Shown here one piece after another: positions 8,132 to 17,395 of a stretch of 30,919 nucleotides of DNA. The DNA lies in IMG/VR virus record IMGVR_UViG_3300017785_000314, positions 1 to 30,919 of that record. One strand, given 5' to 3'. Origin of the DNA: a virus. Its lineage: Duplodnaviria > Caudoviricetes. A model generated the notes under the pieces. The model was not told the DNA's origin. It searched no databases and worked only from the letters and a program-made list of their open reading frames with translations. The stretch's first letter is position 1. Each line of letters starts with the position of its first letter. A program made the translations under genes and the position numbers.

Positions 8132-9537
8132 TAGTAAGCCAACCCTTCGATCTTGGCTTCCAGACGCACAAAAGAAATATGCGAGTCGCTATCGCCACGA
8201 AACTTCTGGATTCTAAAGTTCCTCATGTGTCCCTGCTGAAACCATGCCAGACGTTTACTTGTGTTGCCTACTGTGCCAACCTTGATAAACTTTTCTTGGC
8301 TGTAAGACAATCCATCCACCGAATAACTGGTGCTGATTTGCGGATCAATGCCCAAAGCCACCCGACCCGTTAATGTAACCAACTCCATGTCATAAAATAT
8401 CGCACCTTTGCCCTCGTTGTAAACGATGAGCGTGCCAAACTCCCAGCGCACCTGTTCGCCCCAATGCGAGCCAATCGTGTCCACCAGATAGCCAATGTTG
8501 CTCGACTGCGGATCGCCCACTAACCATTTGTCATAGGCATAAACCAGATTTCTAGCCCGATAAGCAGCGAAACCTACAACTGTCGATACGAGGTTAAACC
8601 AAACAAAATCTTGCAAAATTTGCGACGCAGCCGAGTCATACACAATCGTTCTGTCTGGCAGATGAATATAAAGATGCTGATGCGATCGGTCATTGCGAGC
8701 CTCTAGCTTGACTGTTGCAAGCTGCGCTTCCGTAAATTGCAACAGAATCTCATCAATTTCTTGGGTGCTAATTTTCTTAGCTGTCCCATTTGCACCTAGG
8801 TAGATGCCTGGTGCTTCATTGCGACCACTTCCTAAAAATGCAATCGTCTCTAAATAAACGCAGCAGGCAAACGTACCGACCACGCCTTTCTGAACCTGTG
8901 CGCCATCAATACGTTGGAATGGAAATAAATCACCACCCACGTTGTCAAACACCTCAATCGTGTTTCTGTTCAGCGCATAGACTTCGTTTCTTAGCTTTAA
9001 TAATGCCACCACAGGGTCAGGATCGACCTCAGAGCTACCGTATTTAAGAGGGTTGACTTGGAATGGGTCTGTGAGTTCTGTGACCACCAAGAACTCGCCA
9101 TCAGTGGTCATAAAGTAACCATCGACCCAAACCACATCTAAAACCACACCTAGATCAGGATCAGTTACTTGAGCGAGTGTTGACCCGTCCCAGTAATACA
9201 AACGCCCACCAGAGGCAATTGCTAACAGATCAAAGCTGTAATCAAACGTGACTAGTTCATTGACTGGACCACCGACATCGCCAAGAATCGTCACAACACC
9301 GCTGCTCGAAATCTCAACTAGCTTAGTCCCCATCACTCGATATAGTTGGCCTTGCCAATTGATACCGCCTCGATCCGCACCTGGTCCTGTGCCGTTAGCC
9401 ACAATCCCATCGGCTGGGCGCAAGTATCCATTACTAATCCCGCTTTGCTTTGGAGTCGGCACAAGATTGACTGGGTAAGAGGTGCGTAAGTCTGGCCCGT
9501 TGTCAGTAAATATGCCGGACAAAATAGGGATTTGCAT
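8131..9537 (-). CDS. Packaged DNA stabilisation protein / tail hub, P22 gp10 family
   Basis: 468 aa. Motifs D.RTSYPVNLVP, RGGINW...LYRVMG.KL, E.DPD.VV.L and final RLEA match the gp10 family, as does position. Confidence 0.9.
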   Translation of the reverse strand: MQIPILSGIFTDNGPDLRTSYPVNLVPTPKQSGISNGYLRPADGIVANGTGPGADRGGINWQGQLYRVMGTKLVEISSSGVVTILGDVGGPVNELVTFDYSFDLLAIASGGRLYYWDGSTLAQVTDPDLGVVLDVVWVDGYFMTTDGEFLVVTELTDPFQVNPLKYGSSEVDPDPVVALLKLRNEVYALNRNTIEVFDNVGGDLFPFQRIDGAQVQKGVVGTFACCVYLETIAFLGSGRNEAPGIYLGANGTAKKISTQEIDEILLQFTEAQLATVKLEARNDRSHQHLYIHLPDRTIVYDSAASQILQDFVWFNLVSTVVGFAAYRARNLVYAYDKWLVGDPQSSNIGYLVDTIGSHWGEQVRWEFGTLIVYNEGKGAIFYDMELVTLTGRVALGIDPQISTSYSVDGLSYSQEKFIKVGTVGNTSKRLAWFQQGHMRNFRIQKFRGDSDSHISFVRLEAKIEGLAY

Positions 9538-9834
9538 TTACTTTTTCGCCTTATTTCTGGCAGAGATTTTCTTGGCTTTTGATTGTGCATCATCCTTAGA
9601 CGATGCGCCCCAAGCTCGCAAACTTAACAGCAACCTCGTTGGCTCGCCATCTTTATACTCTGGCCCTGCGTTGCCTGCCATGCGTGCCAAGAAACTAGCT
9701 CGGCGTGGATTGTCACCAGACTTAACAGGGGCTTTGAGATTCATGCCTTCAGCCTTTGCACTTGCCCGACCCTTGGCATTCAGCCCACCCTTTGGGTTCT
9801 GCCCTTCCTTGCGAGTGTAAGCAGGGGATTTCAT
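9538..9834 (-). CDS. Small basic protein (resembles DUF6321-type phage proteins)
   Basis: RKEGQNPKGGLNAKGRAS...RRASFLARM...PTRLLLSLRAW. ATGA coupling. Family name is from recall, not a search. Confidence 0.6.
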   Translation of the reverse strand: MKSPAYTRKEGQNPKGGLNAKGRASAKAEGMNLKAPVKSGDNPRRASFLARMAGNAGPEYKDGEPTRLLLSLRAWGASSKDDAQSKAKKISARNKAKK

Positions 9835-10064
9835 CTGTAAGCCTTGGTTTTGGCTGCTACCTTCTTGGGCTGTTTGGCAAACTGTTCGCCCTTTGCTGTA
9901 GCTTCCCGCTTGGCTTTGGTGGTCGCTGCATACTCAGCGGGTGAGAGTGCCTCAATAGCAGCCTTTGGCAGATAACGCTCACCTGTCTCAGACGATGGTT
10001 TGCCAGACTTAGTACCCCAATCTTGCCGACCCCAATCCTTGAGGCTTTTCTGCGATGCTTTCAT
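9831..10064 (-). CDS. Small basic protein
   Basis: SQKSLKDWGRQDWGTKSG...ERYLPKAAIEALSPAEYAAT. ATGA overlaps on both sides. Confidence 0.65.
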   Translation of the reverse strand: MKASQKSLKDWGRQDWGTKSGKPSSETGERYLPKAAIEALSPAEYAATTKAKREATAKGEQFAKQPKKVAAKTKAYR

Positions 10065-10246
10065 TTATAGCCGCCTCCCTTCTCTTTGTACTTCTTCGCC
10101 AAAAGTTGGGATTTCCTTGCTGACCATTCGCCAGATGCTGTACCTTGCACAGCCGAACCCTTAATCTCCGCAAACAGACGCTTTCGCATCGTTGGCTTCG
10201 TATAGTTGCCAGCTTCGTTGACAGAGGATTTGGGCTTTGTGGCCAT
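10061..10246 (-). CDS. Small basic protein (resembles DUF5872-type N-terminal module)
   Basis: NYTKPTMRKRL...GEWSARKSQLLAKKYKEKGGGY. TAATG coupling with the upstream fibre gene. Family name is from recall. Confidence 0.6.
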   Translation of the reverse strand: MATKPKSSVNEAGNYTKPTMRKRLFAEIKGSAVQGTASGEWSARKSQLLAKKYKEKGGGYK

Positions 10247-11490
10247 TATGCAGCGACACCCTTGATGACCGCAAAGTTAAAGACCGGAGTTTCTGTGGTC
10301 GTGCCGCCTGTGGTGCGGAATGTAATATTAAAACTTCCCGCTGCCACCGCTGTTACCATCAGATCATACAAGTCTGTTCCCGATTTTTGATTCAAGATAA
10401 TCACATCAGTTGCCGCGACGGTGCTGTTCGTCACAGTAAAAGTGGCCGCAACAGTTGTGCCTGCTGCACTAAATAGCGTGATCGCGCCAGATGTCTTGTT
10501 TAGCGTGACACTTGTTGTGCGGCTTGTGCCTTGAATAACCGTGCCGCCAGCACCCGTTGAGTAACCTACGCCAGTTGTGCCTGATGACACAATCGTTCCT
10601 GTCGCTGTCAGACTTGTGCCTGTGGCCGCGCCAATGTTGGGTGTGATCAATGTTGGCGTGTTTGCAAATACGTTTGCGCCTGTGCCAGTTTCATCCGTCA
10701 ATACCGCAGCCAAGTTTGCACTCGATGGGGTAGCCAAAAATGCTGCCACATTCGCAGCCAAACCAGAAACGCCAGTGGCAATTGGCAAACCAGTGCAATT
10801 AGTCAATGTTCCAGAAGTTGGTGTGCCTAGAATCGGTGTTACCAATACCATACTGGTCGATGTGCAAGCAGAAATGTTGCCGCTTGCAACCGTCCCCAAA
10901 ATCGGTGTGACAAATGTCGGACTAGTGTTAAACACCAACAGCCCTGTGCCTGTCTCATCAGTCATTGCCGTGCGTAGATTTGCACTGGTTGGGCTTGCTA
11001 AGAAGTTTTGAATACCCGCAGCATAGACAGTATCAGAAATAATCTGATACCAAGAATTTGTCGGCTGATAAAACCGAATTTGCGTGGCCGTTCCTGCCGC
11101 CAATGATGTCACCGCACCGTAAACCGCTGTCGCACCATTTAACGCAATCGTCAAAGAGGTGATTTCCTGCGTCGATGTAATCAGCACAGTCGTACCATCC
11201 GGCACGCCAGTATTCAATGGCAACGTAATTGTGCCAGTTGCCAACGTACCCGCAGGCTGCAAAAGCATCCATTGATCGTTGCTAACTGGTGTCGGGACAG
11301 TAATGTTAAATCCTGAGCCTGGCACATACAGGTTGACCGAAAGAGTCGGAGACGCAAAGCTCTGTTGAAAGAAAGTCAGCAAACTGCCAATTGACGTTCT
11401 GCGAGCATCGCCATTGTTAGGCGAATAAACAGGCAGTTGATCTCCGCTAGAAATCGTGCTGAGTACGGGCAGTTGATTGATGGTTGGCAT
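10246..11490 (-). CDS. Fibre-like virion protein with internal repeats
   Basis: 414 aa, Thr/Gly/Ala-rich. Two FLA.P.SANL....TDETGTG..VF...PT..TP..G repeats. SD AAGGA. Lies between gp4 and gp10. Confidence 0.65.
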   Translation of the reverse strand: MPTINQLPVLSTISSGDQLPVYSPNNGDARRTSIGSLLTFFQQSFASPTLSVNLYVPGSGFNITVPTPVSNDQWMLLQPAGTLATGTITLPLNTGVPDGTTVLITSTQEITSLTIALNGATAVYGAVTSLAAGTATQIRFYQPTNSWYQIISDTVYAAGIQNFLASPTSANLRTAMTDETGTGLLVFNTSPTFVTPILGTVASGNISACTSTSMVLVTPILGTPTSGTLTNCTGLPIATGVSGLAANVAAFLATPSSANLAAVLTDETGTGANVFANTPTLITPNIGAATGTSLTATGTIVSSGTTGVGYSTGAGGTVIQGTSRTTSVTLNKTSGAITLFSAAGTTVAATFTVTNSTVAATDVIILNQKSGTDLYDLMVTAVAAGSFNITFRTTGGTTTETPVFNFAVIKGVAA

Positions 11491-11499
11491 AGCTGTTCC

Positions 11500-11982
11500 T
11501 TAGTTGTATTCGATTGGACCATCTGGACCAGCGTCCACAGGAAAATAGGGTGGTCGTACAAATGGGTTGTCGTAAACTCGCCAAGGCTTGTTGCCTGCGC
11601 CAGATGGCATTGTGCCAGGCAGCTGCTGCTCCAGCGGAAAGGTCGCACGCTGTAGCAAAATGTCATAGCCTTGTTTGGCCACAACCTTGGTCTCTGGCAT
11701 CACTTGTTTGCCATAACTTGGCGCAAGCCTGATGCCTAGAGAGCAGATAATCGCCTCATATGCCGAATCAGGCACGTTGGTCTCTTCGTCCAGATCACCA
11801 TCTTGTGGGCTTGATGGGATGGGATAGCCAAGTCTAATGCCCTTGGCGTTCCAATCTGCCATCATCGCATCGAGCCTGCGTCTGGCCGTGTCAATTTGCT
11901 CTGGCTGCAAGTCAAAGACATAGGATGCAAGCCCGATTTCTTCCAGCGCAGCTGAGATGAATTGCCGCTTGCTATAACCCAT
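11500..11982 (-). CDS. Head-to-tail adaptor, P22 gp4 family
   Basis: ARRRLDAMMADW...GIRLGY...LGIRLAPSYG...MPSGAGNK is characteristic of gp4. Confidence 0.9.
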   Translation of the reverse strand: MGYSKRQFISAALEEIGLASYVFDLQPEQIDTARRRLDAMMADWNAKGIRLGYPIPSSPQDGDLDEETNVPDSAYEAIICSLGIRLAPSYGKQVMPETKVVAKQGYDILLQRATFPLEQQLPGTMPSGAGNKPWRVYDNPFVRPPYFPVDAGPDGPIEYN

Positions 11983-11983
11983 G

Positions 11984-12301
11984 TCAGCCTCCTAGTGCTG
12001 TTTCGATGAGTGAACTCAATTTCTTGTCTGACGTTCTGCCGTCAAATTTTATTCCAAGCTCGCGTGCTTTGATAGCCATTTCGTCGCGGGTCGGAGCAGA
12101 CTCAATGATCGGATCTGTATCCTCGATGACTTGCTCAACCGCAACTGGCTCTCTCACACGCACATTCATAGGCGATGGGAAATAAACCTTGATAGCTTTT
12201 CGCTCAATCTGAGCCTGCTTCTTGGCTTTCTTTTTAGCTAAACGCACCTCACGCCATTCAGCGCGAGGTGCATTCTTAATAATTGCTGCAGACTTAATCA
12301 T
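11984..12301 (-). CDS. Hypothetical protein with C-terminal HeH/LEM-like helix pair
   Basis: PTRDEMAIKARELGIKFDGRTSDKKLSSLI at the C-terminus. Basic N-terminus. Confidence 0.6.
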   Translation of the reverse strand: MIKSAAIIKNAPRAEWREVRLAKKKAKKQAQIERKAIKVYFPSPMNVRVREPVAVEQVIEDTDPIIESAPTRDEMAIKARELGIKFDGRTSDKKLSSLIETALGG

Positions 12302-12435
12302 TTCTTCTTTGCAACTTTCTTGGCAGGCTTGTTCATGCTGTAAGCCATCGCCACGGCTTGCTTTTGGGGCTTGCCAGCTTTCATTTCTTTCTTGATAGTC
12401 TTGGACATCATATCGCCCATCTTCTTACCCATCAT
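12298..12435 (-). CDS. 45-aa very basic protein (below ORF track cutoff)
   Basis: Read manually: SD AGGAG, then MMGKKMGDMMSKTIKKEMKAGKPQKQAVAMAYSMNKPAKKVAKKK*. ATGA overlap with the next gene. Confidence 0.8.
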   Translation of the reverse strand: MMGKKMGDMMSKTIKKEMKAGKPQKQAVAMAYSMNKPAKKVAKKK

Positions 12436-12448
12436 AGCGTTCTCCTGT

Positions 12449-12476
12449 TAAACAGGCCAACATCGCTGCTGGCCTG
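12449..12476 (-). terminator. Hairpin / probable intrinsic terminator after the capsid genes
   Basis: Minus strand CAGGCCAGCA-GCGA-TGTTGGCCTG: 10-bp stem with one G.U pair and a GNRA loop, followed by TTTAAC (short U tract, so probably leaky). Confidence 0.65.
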
Positions 12477-12485
12477 CTCGTTTGA

Positions 12486-13097
12486 TTAACTGATTCGATA
12501 CACAATAAAGGTATCGGCAGCAGTTTTACGCATACGGAAACGTGCAGACGCTCCAGATGTTGCAGCCGTTGCAGCTGACCCAACAATGGTCACGCCTGTG
12601 TTGACTGTAATAGTCAAAGCAAACGCAGCCAAAGTTATGACCGAGAAGTCAAACGAATCACCAATCGCCCACTCTGTTGCCAACTCAAGGTTTGTAGCCA
12701 AAGGCAATTGAATGCTTCGAGTAGTAGTTGGCGTTGCCGTTACGATACCAGTCAAAACATCAGCTGCTGTGGCAATCATTGAACCACCATCAGCAATGTT
12801 CGCTGGCGCACCCTGCGGCTGCCAGTTTCCATTGTTGCTGATCGTAGGTGCTACACCAATAGCGTAGTAAGCACCTGATGCACCAGCCTGAATAATCACG
12901 TTGGTGGCATTGGTGAATGCGCTTGACACAAAGGTGGTGTTCTCAACCACGCTCAACAGGTCATTTGCTTCAGGGAAGTTAGGGAAACCAACCTCTTGAA
13001 ACACACTCGCTGGTGAGTAGGCTTGAACGGCGATTTTCTCGCCTGCTGGCACTGCGACAGTTGCTGTGCCTTGTGCAAAAATAATGTTATAGGACAT
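12486..13097 (-). CDS. Putative capsid decoration / minor capsid protein
   Basis: 203 aa, beta-rich Ala/Thr/Val protein directly after the coat gene and before the terminator hairpin. SD AAGGA. Confidence 0.55.
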   Translation of the reverse strand: MSYNIIFAQGTATVAVPAGEKIAVQAYSPASVFQEVGFPNFPEANDLLSVVENTTFVSSAFTNATNVIIQAGASGAYYAIGVAPTISNNGNWQPQGAPANIADGGSMIATAADVLTGIVTATPTTTRSIQLPLATNLELATEWAIGDSFDFSVITLAAFALTITVNTGVTIVGSAATAATSGASARFRMRKTAADTFIVYRIS

Positions 13098-13108
13098 GAT
13101 TATTTCCT

Positions 13109-14398
13109 TTAAACAGTCTGATTAAACAGCAAGATACCAGACATTTCTGGCTGCTTATTGACCACGCCGAAAAGTGTATCGAGACGATACTTGGTTTTCA
13201 TTGTGTTCACATCGTATTGCTTCTGCATCACCAACTCAATGCCCTGATCCGTTGAGGCACGCATCACTGCGACACCAGCATCAGATGGGACAGCGTAACG
13301 ACCAGGCAGAATCTCAAGAGCATCTTTCTGCCAGAAGCAGTTGATCGGTGCTGTATCAAGGTTCAGACGGGTCATGGTGGCTGTTGCGTTAGGAGTGACG
13401 ATACAGTTCTGGTATTGCAGTTCTGCATCAGTTCCACCTTGAGCCGAGATGATCGGTGGTGTGATAACAACGGTTGTCGCATTAACAACTTGGATCACAC
13501 GGAAAGTCTTGGCAAAGCCAGTACCTTGTTTTGTGATGTGATGGACAGCCTCAACGCCACCAATCTCAAACGGTGTACCGACCAACAAGTCTGTGCTTGA
13601 TGTCACGGTGATTGTCTGGAAACGATTATCAACGTTTTGGGTCTCACCAGTTACTGCGGTCTGGGTAGCCTGTGGAACGTAATAGTTGTTTGCACCAACC
13701 AAGGTTGACATTGTGGTGTTTGAACCAGTCGCACCAATCAAGCGATTTGCGTAGTCTAGTTTGTAGGTCTCAAAACCTGCAACCATACCAACGAAACTGC
13801 GCTCAAACGCATTGTTTGACTTGTTGCCAGAGAAACTGCGCGACACAGATGCGCCACCAGCACCACCAGCAATGTTGCCTGCTAAGCCGTTATAGTCACG
13901 GCTCGACAATGCCAAGTAGCGATCAAACGCCTGCACGCCCTGCTCGTTCATGATGCTGTCGCACAAAGCGATGTCATCGTAATCGCCTGCGGCTGTGTTG
14001 GTTGTAACAACCAATGAGCCTTGGGCAGCAGCCACGTTCATAATGGCAATGTTGATGTCAGAGGCAAGTTTTTGCTTTGCAGCATCACCCAAACGACCTT
14101 CTTGCAACGCATCGCGCAGCTCAAGCGCGTCCAGAATGAAAGGCACAGACTTTTGAAAGCCAAGCGTCGCTGGAACTGAAAGCTGTGTGTAAGCCGTGAA
14201 GTTACCCGTCTGATCCATGCCATCATAGCTTTGAGCAATGTAAGGCTGGGGGCGATAGATAACGTTGTTTGTGCGCTCCATCATCGAGCCATCTGTGTTG
14301 TAGATGGACACGTTGCGGGACAAAACCAGAGCGTCGTTGAAGCCTTCGAGGATGTCCTCAAATGCAACACGCTCTTCTTTCGAGAAAGAGTTACTCAT
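13109..14398 (-). CDS. Major capsid protein, P22 gp5 (coat) family
   Basis: 429 aa. MSNSFSKEERVAFEDILEGF, IYRPQPY, AAKQKLASDIN and YRLDTLFGVVNKQPEMSGILL. Follows scaffold. Confidence 0.92.
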   Translation of the reverse strand: MSNSFSKEERVAFEDILEGFNDALVLSRNVSIYNTDGSMMERTNNVIYRPQPYIAQSYDGMDQTGNFTAYTQLSVPATLGFQKSVPFILDALELRDALQEGRLGDAAKQKLASDINIAIMNVAAAQGSLVVTTNTAAGDYDDIALCDSIMNEQGVQAFDRYLALSSRDYNGLAGNIAGGAGGASVSRSFSGNKSNNAFERSFVGMVAGFETYKLDYANRLIGATGSNTTMSTLVGANNYYVPQATQTAVTGETQNVDNRFQTITVTSSTDLLVGTPFEIGGVEAVHHITKQGTGFAKTFRVIQVVNATTVVITPPIISAQGGTDAELQYQNCIVTPNATATMTRLNLDTAPINCFWQKDALEILPGRYAVPSDAGVAVMRASTDQGIELVMQKQYDVNTMKTKYRLDTLFGVVNKQPEMSGILLFNQTV

Positions 14399-14415
14399 TT
14401 TAAATTCCTTTTAAA

Positions 14416-15252
14416 TTATTTGGATGCTGATCGTTTCTGCGCTCTGTACTGAATGACTTTCGTCATGTTGCCAGTTCGAGCCGCTTCTTCTCGCAGCCGT
14501 TCTAAGGTTGAGTCTATCGCACCAGATGATCGTCCTGTTCCTGACACGACACGTTCCGGTGCGGGTGCTGCCCTACGATTGGTAACTTTCAATTCCTTCT
14601 CCAGTTTCGCAACCGCAAAAGCAAACTTTACGGGATCAGATAACTTTGCAAGTTCCGCAGTTTTCTTTGGATTCTTGCCTAACGCATACACGACGAGTGC
14701 GGGATTATCGCAGCCATTCAATAAGACACCTTGCTGTGTGATATTTAAAAGTTGCTGGACAGTTTCCTCAGCATCTTCATAATCACGGACTTTGAGTTCA
14801 GCTCTCGCCTTCCCGTAGTCGTTCAACTTGGCTTGCCAAGCTTGTTGCTGTTGCTGCTCTGATTGCTGGGCTTGTTCAGCCTCACGATCATGCTCGCGCT
14901 TGCGTTCATGCCATTGGTCTAATGCTGCTTCAAATAAATCAGTGTCGTAATCATAAGCATCGAGCTTGGGCTTCGGTCCTAACGTCACAACTGGCTTGAT
15001 CTCAGTTGTGGTGGCCGATAGCCTAGCTTCTAACTCACGAATGCGACGCTCTTTTTCCCTATTCGTCTTACGCAGCTCACGCACCCATTCAGGCGCACGA
15101 ACTTCCTCTTCGGCGGGGGGCGCATCCTCACCAATTGAGACAACAACCTCGTCCGAGTCTGACTCTTCAGATTCCAGATCAACTTCCTCTGCAATCGTCA
15201 CCTCTTCCACGGACTCTTCTTGGTTCTCGTCTACTTCTGCCCTTTCATTCAT
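14416..15252 (-). CDS. Scaffolding protein
   Basis: Acidic N-terminus, coiled coil, PKPKL..YDYD, NPALVVYALGKNP and a basic C-terminal helix. Lies between portal and coat. Confidence 0.85.
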   Translation of the reverse strand: MNERAEVDENQEESVEEVTIAEEVDLESEESDSDEVVVSIGEDAPPAEEEVRAPEWVRELRKTNREKERRIRELEARLSATTTEIKPVVTLGPKPKLDAYDYDTDLFEAALDQWHERKREHDREAEQAQQSEQQQQQAWQAKLNDYGKARAELKVRDYEDAEETVQQLLNITQQGVLLNGCDNPALVVYALGKNPKKTAELAKLSDPVKFAFAVAKLEKELKVTNRRAAPAPERVVSGTGRSSGAIDSTLERLREEAARTGNMTKVIQYRAQKRSASK

Positions 15253-15309
15253 TTACTGACCCCATTAAACTCACCCATTTAAGGCTGGATGGATACCATT
15301 TCTTGCATT

Positions 15310-17370
15310 TTATCTGACAACAGGCTGAATTTGCTCACCTTGTGCGGCTTGTTGGGCTGCTTCAATCTCAGTCATCACCATATTCTGTTGTTCAACACCA
15401 GTCTTAGCAAGGGTTTCGGCAGTCTTTGCCTTAGCCAATCCTGCGTCTGCCACGGTCTTAATGACGCTTGCTCTGGCCTGCGCTGCCTTAGCCGTTGCCT
15501 CTTCAGCCGCTGCCTGCAGGAATATTGAGTTTGCATCAACCTGTTGACTTTGCATTTGCTGCTCTTGAGCGAGCATCTCAGCCTCTTGCTCGGTTGGCTT
15601 GACAACGCCCAGGCGCAACAGTTGCTTACGAAAGAAGTCTCTCACATCGCCAATGCCTTCGCCTTCCATGTTCATCATGGCCATCGCTTGCAAGACTTGC
15701 TTGGTCTGTGGATCGTCGGTGATCGCCATCATGCCTGTCAACGCCCGAACGGTTGCCGCACGCTTACTCGATGAGGATGGACCGACATCAACGTTTACAT
15801 CAAACTTAGCGCGGCTCAGGTCGTTTTCCATGATGACCTCGCCAGTCTCGGACACCTTTGGTCGCATCAACTCAACGGTACTTACCTCTTCGGTGCGCCC
15901 GATAACCTTCATCTTGCGACCTTCTTCCACATAAATATCGCGAGCCATGCTCAACCAGATCTCGCCTGATCGCTTCATGCCTTTCGCAAAGTTGCTCATG
16001 TAAATAAAGGTTTGCATATCCAGACGGGTCTGAATCATCTCGACCGCTTTACCTGAGATATTGCTGACAATTTGCTCACCTTGGGACGATGCGCCCAAAA
16101 TTTCCTTCATGTCTGATTCGGTGATCTGCAGCAATGCCGCCATCGCTGGTGGGATTTGTGCGCTGCGAGTGTACGCCAGTGGCCCTTGAACCTGAGTGCT
16201 GCCATCAGCACCTGTAATCGGATTGACCAACAGGTACGGATAGTTCTTCAGGTTATCGTCAGCCCACATAATCTGGTGGCCAGCAACTTGCTCTGGAGTC
16301 AGGATTGGCTTCTCAACGCTTGATAATGCGCTGATCTCACCCAACTTCGACAGTTGCATATTCTTCAGACGCTGGGCATCCTTAGCCAGACGCACATGAC
16401 CCATGCAACGCTCAACGTTGTCCACAAACCACCGCTTGCCATATACAGGCACAACAGGGATGCAGTTGCCAGCGATATATCCTGCGTCCTCTAAGACCTT
16501 GCCGCCAGACATAATGTATTTACGCACACGCTTGCGTTTGATCTTGCGCTGGCGAACCTCTTGACTGCCAATGGCGATCAGGGTTTCCTCTAATGTCTCG
16601 TCGTTCTTAAAATCATCTTGGCGGTACTTTTCTTCTGTCCCGTCGATTGATCGAAAGATACGAATAGTCTCAGCGACTTCCTCAACCTTGAAGTATTCAG
16701 CGACAAACACAACATCAGGCGTTGCCCAATCAAACTCGTACTGGTGAATAATCTTTGGCCAGTCTGTCGGGTCATCGTTGTATGTTTCTTTGTAACTCTC
16801 GCGGGTCATACTGTTGACCACGAAGCAAAACAAAGCGTCAGACTTGTCCTGGCGTTTGGAGTTCAGGTCAAAGAATACCGAGCTGTCAGCATCAAAGATC
16901 GGCTCAAACATGATGCGCTGGCGGTCATTGTCCTCATCTTCGTCATCTTCGTAGACGGTTCTGAGCCTGAATGCGCCAATGCCACCACCCACAGCTTCCT
17001 CGAAAGCGTTGTCATACGCTTCGTTGGCCACTGAGTCCTGCTCGTCAGCCCTGTAAAGACCGTCGCAAGTGTCCGCCAGGCTATCTTCTGCGCCATCTTT
17101 AGCGATGTAATCGACTGTGATTCGGTTGTTTCGGTACTCGTTGACGATCCGAATGACCGACAGCATGATCTTGTTGACCTCAAACCGAGGCTTGTTTTCA
17201 TACTGATCGTAGAGTGGTCCTTCCCATTGTGCGCCGCAAATAGAGTAAAACCGTCGATCCTGCAAACATTGGAGACGCTCGTCCCGCAGCGCAGTCTGGA
17301 TGTCGTTGTACTGGCGCAGAGCTTCAGCGTGCAAGTTTGCCAAGCGTTGATCGTTTGGTATGCGTGCCAT
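15310..17370 (-). CDS. Portal protein, P22 gp1 family
   Basis: Likely start is ATG 17370 (MARIPNDQ; SD GAGGA). Contains DRRFY...GAQWEG, IPVVPVYGKRWFVD, GHVRLAKDAQRL.N, DVGPSSSSKR and a C-terminal helical barrel. Confidence 0.93.
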   Translation of the reverse strand: MARIPNDQRLANLHAEALRQYNDIQTALRDERLQCLQDRRFYSICGAQWEGPLYDQYENKPRFEVNKIMLSVIRIVNEYRNNRITVDYIAKDGAEDSLADTCDGLYRADEQDSVANEAYDNAFEEAVGGGIGAFRLRTVYEDDEDEDNDRQRIMFEPIFDADSSVFFDLNSKRQDKSDALFCFVVNSMTRESYKETYNDDPTDWPKIIHQYEFDWATPDVVFVAEYFKVEEVAETIRIFRSIDGTEEKYRQDDFKNDETLEETLIAIGSQEVRQRKIKRKRVRKYIMSGGKVLEDAGYIAGNCIPVVPVYGKRWFVDNVERCMGHVRLAKDAQRLKNMQLSKLGEISALSSVEKPILTPEQVAGHQIMWADDNLKNYPYLLVNPITGADGSTQVQGPLAYTRSAQIPPAMAALLQITESDMKEILGASSQGEQIVSNISGKAVEMIQTRLDMQTFIYMSNFAKGMKRSGEIWLSMARDIYVEEGRKMKVIGRTEEVSTVELMRPKVSETGEVIMENDLSRAKFDVNVDVGPSSSSKRAATVRALTGMMAITDDPQTKQVLQAMAMMNMEGEGIGDVRDFFRKQLLRLGVVKPTEQEAEMLAQEQQMQSQQVDANSIFLQAAAEEATAKAAQARASVIKTVADAGLAKAKTAETLAKTGVEQQNMVMTEIEAAQQAAQGEQIQPVVR

Positions 17371-17395
17371 GTTTATCCTCTTTGTGCGTATTAAA

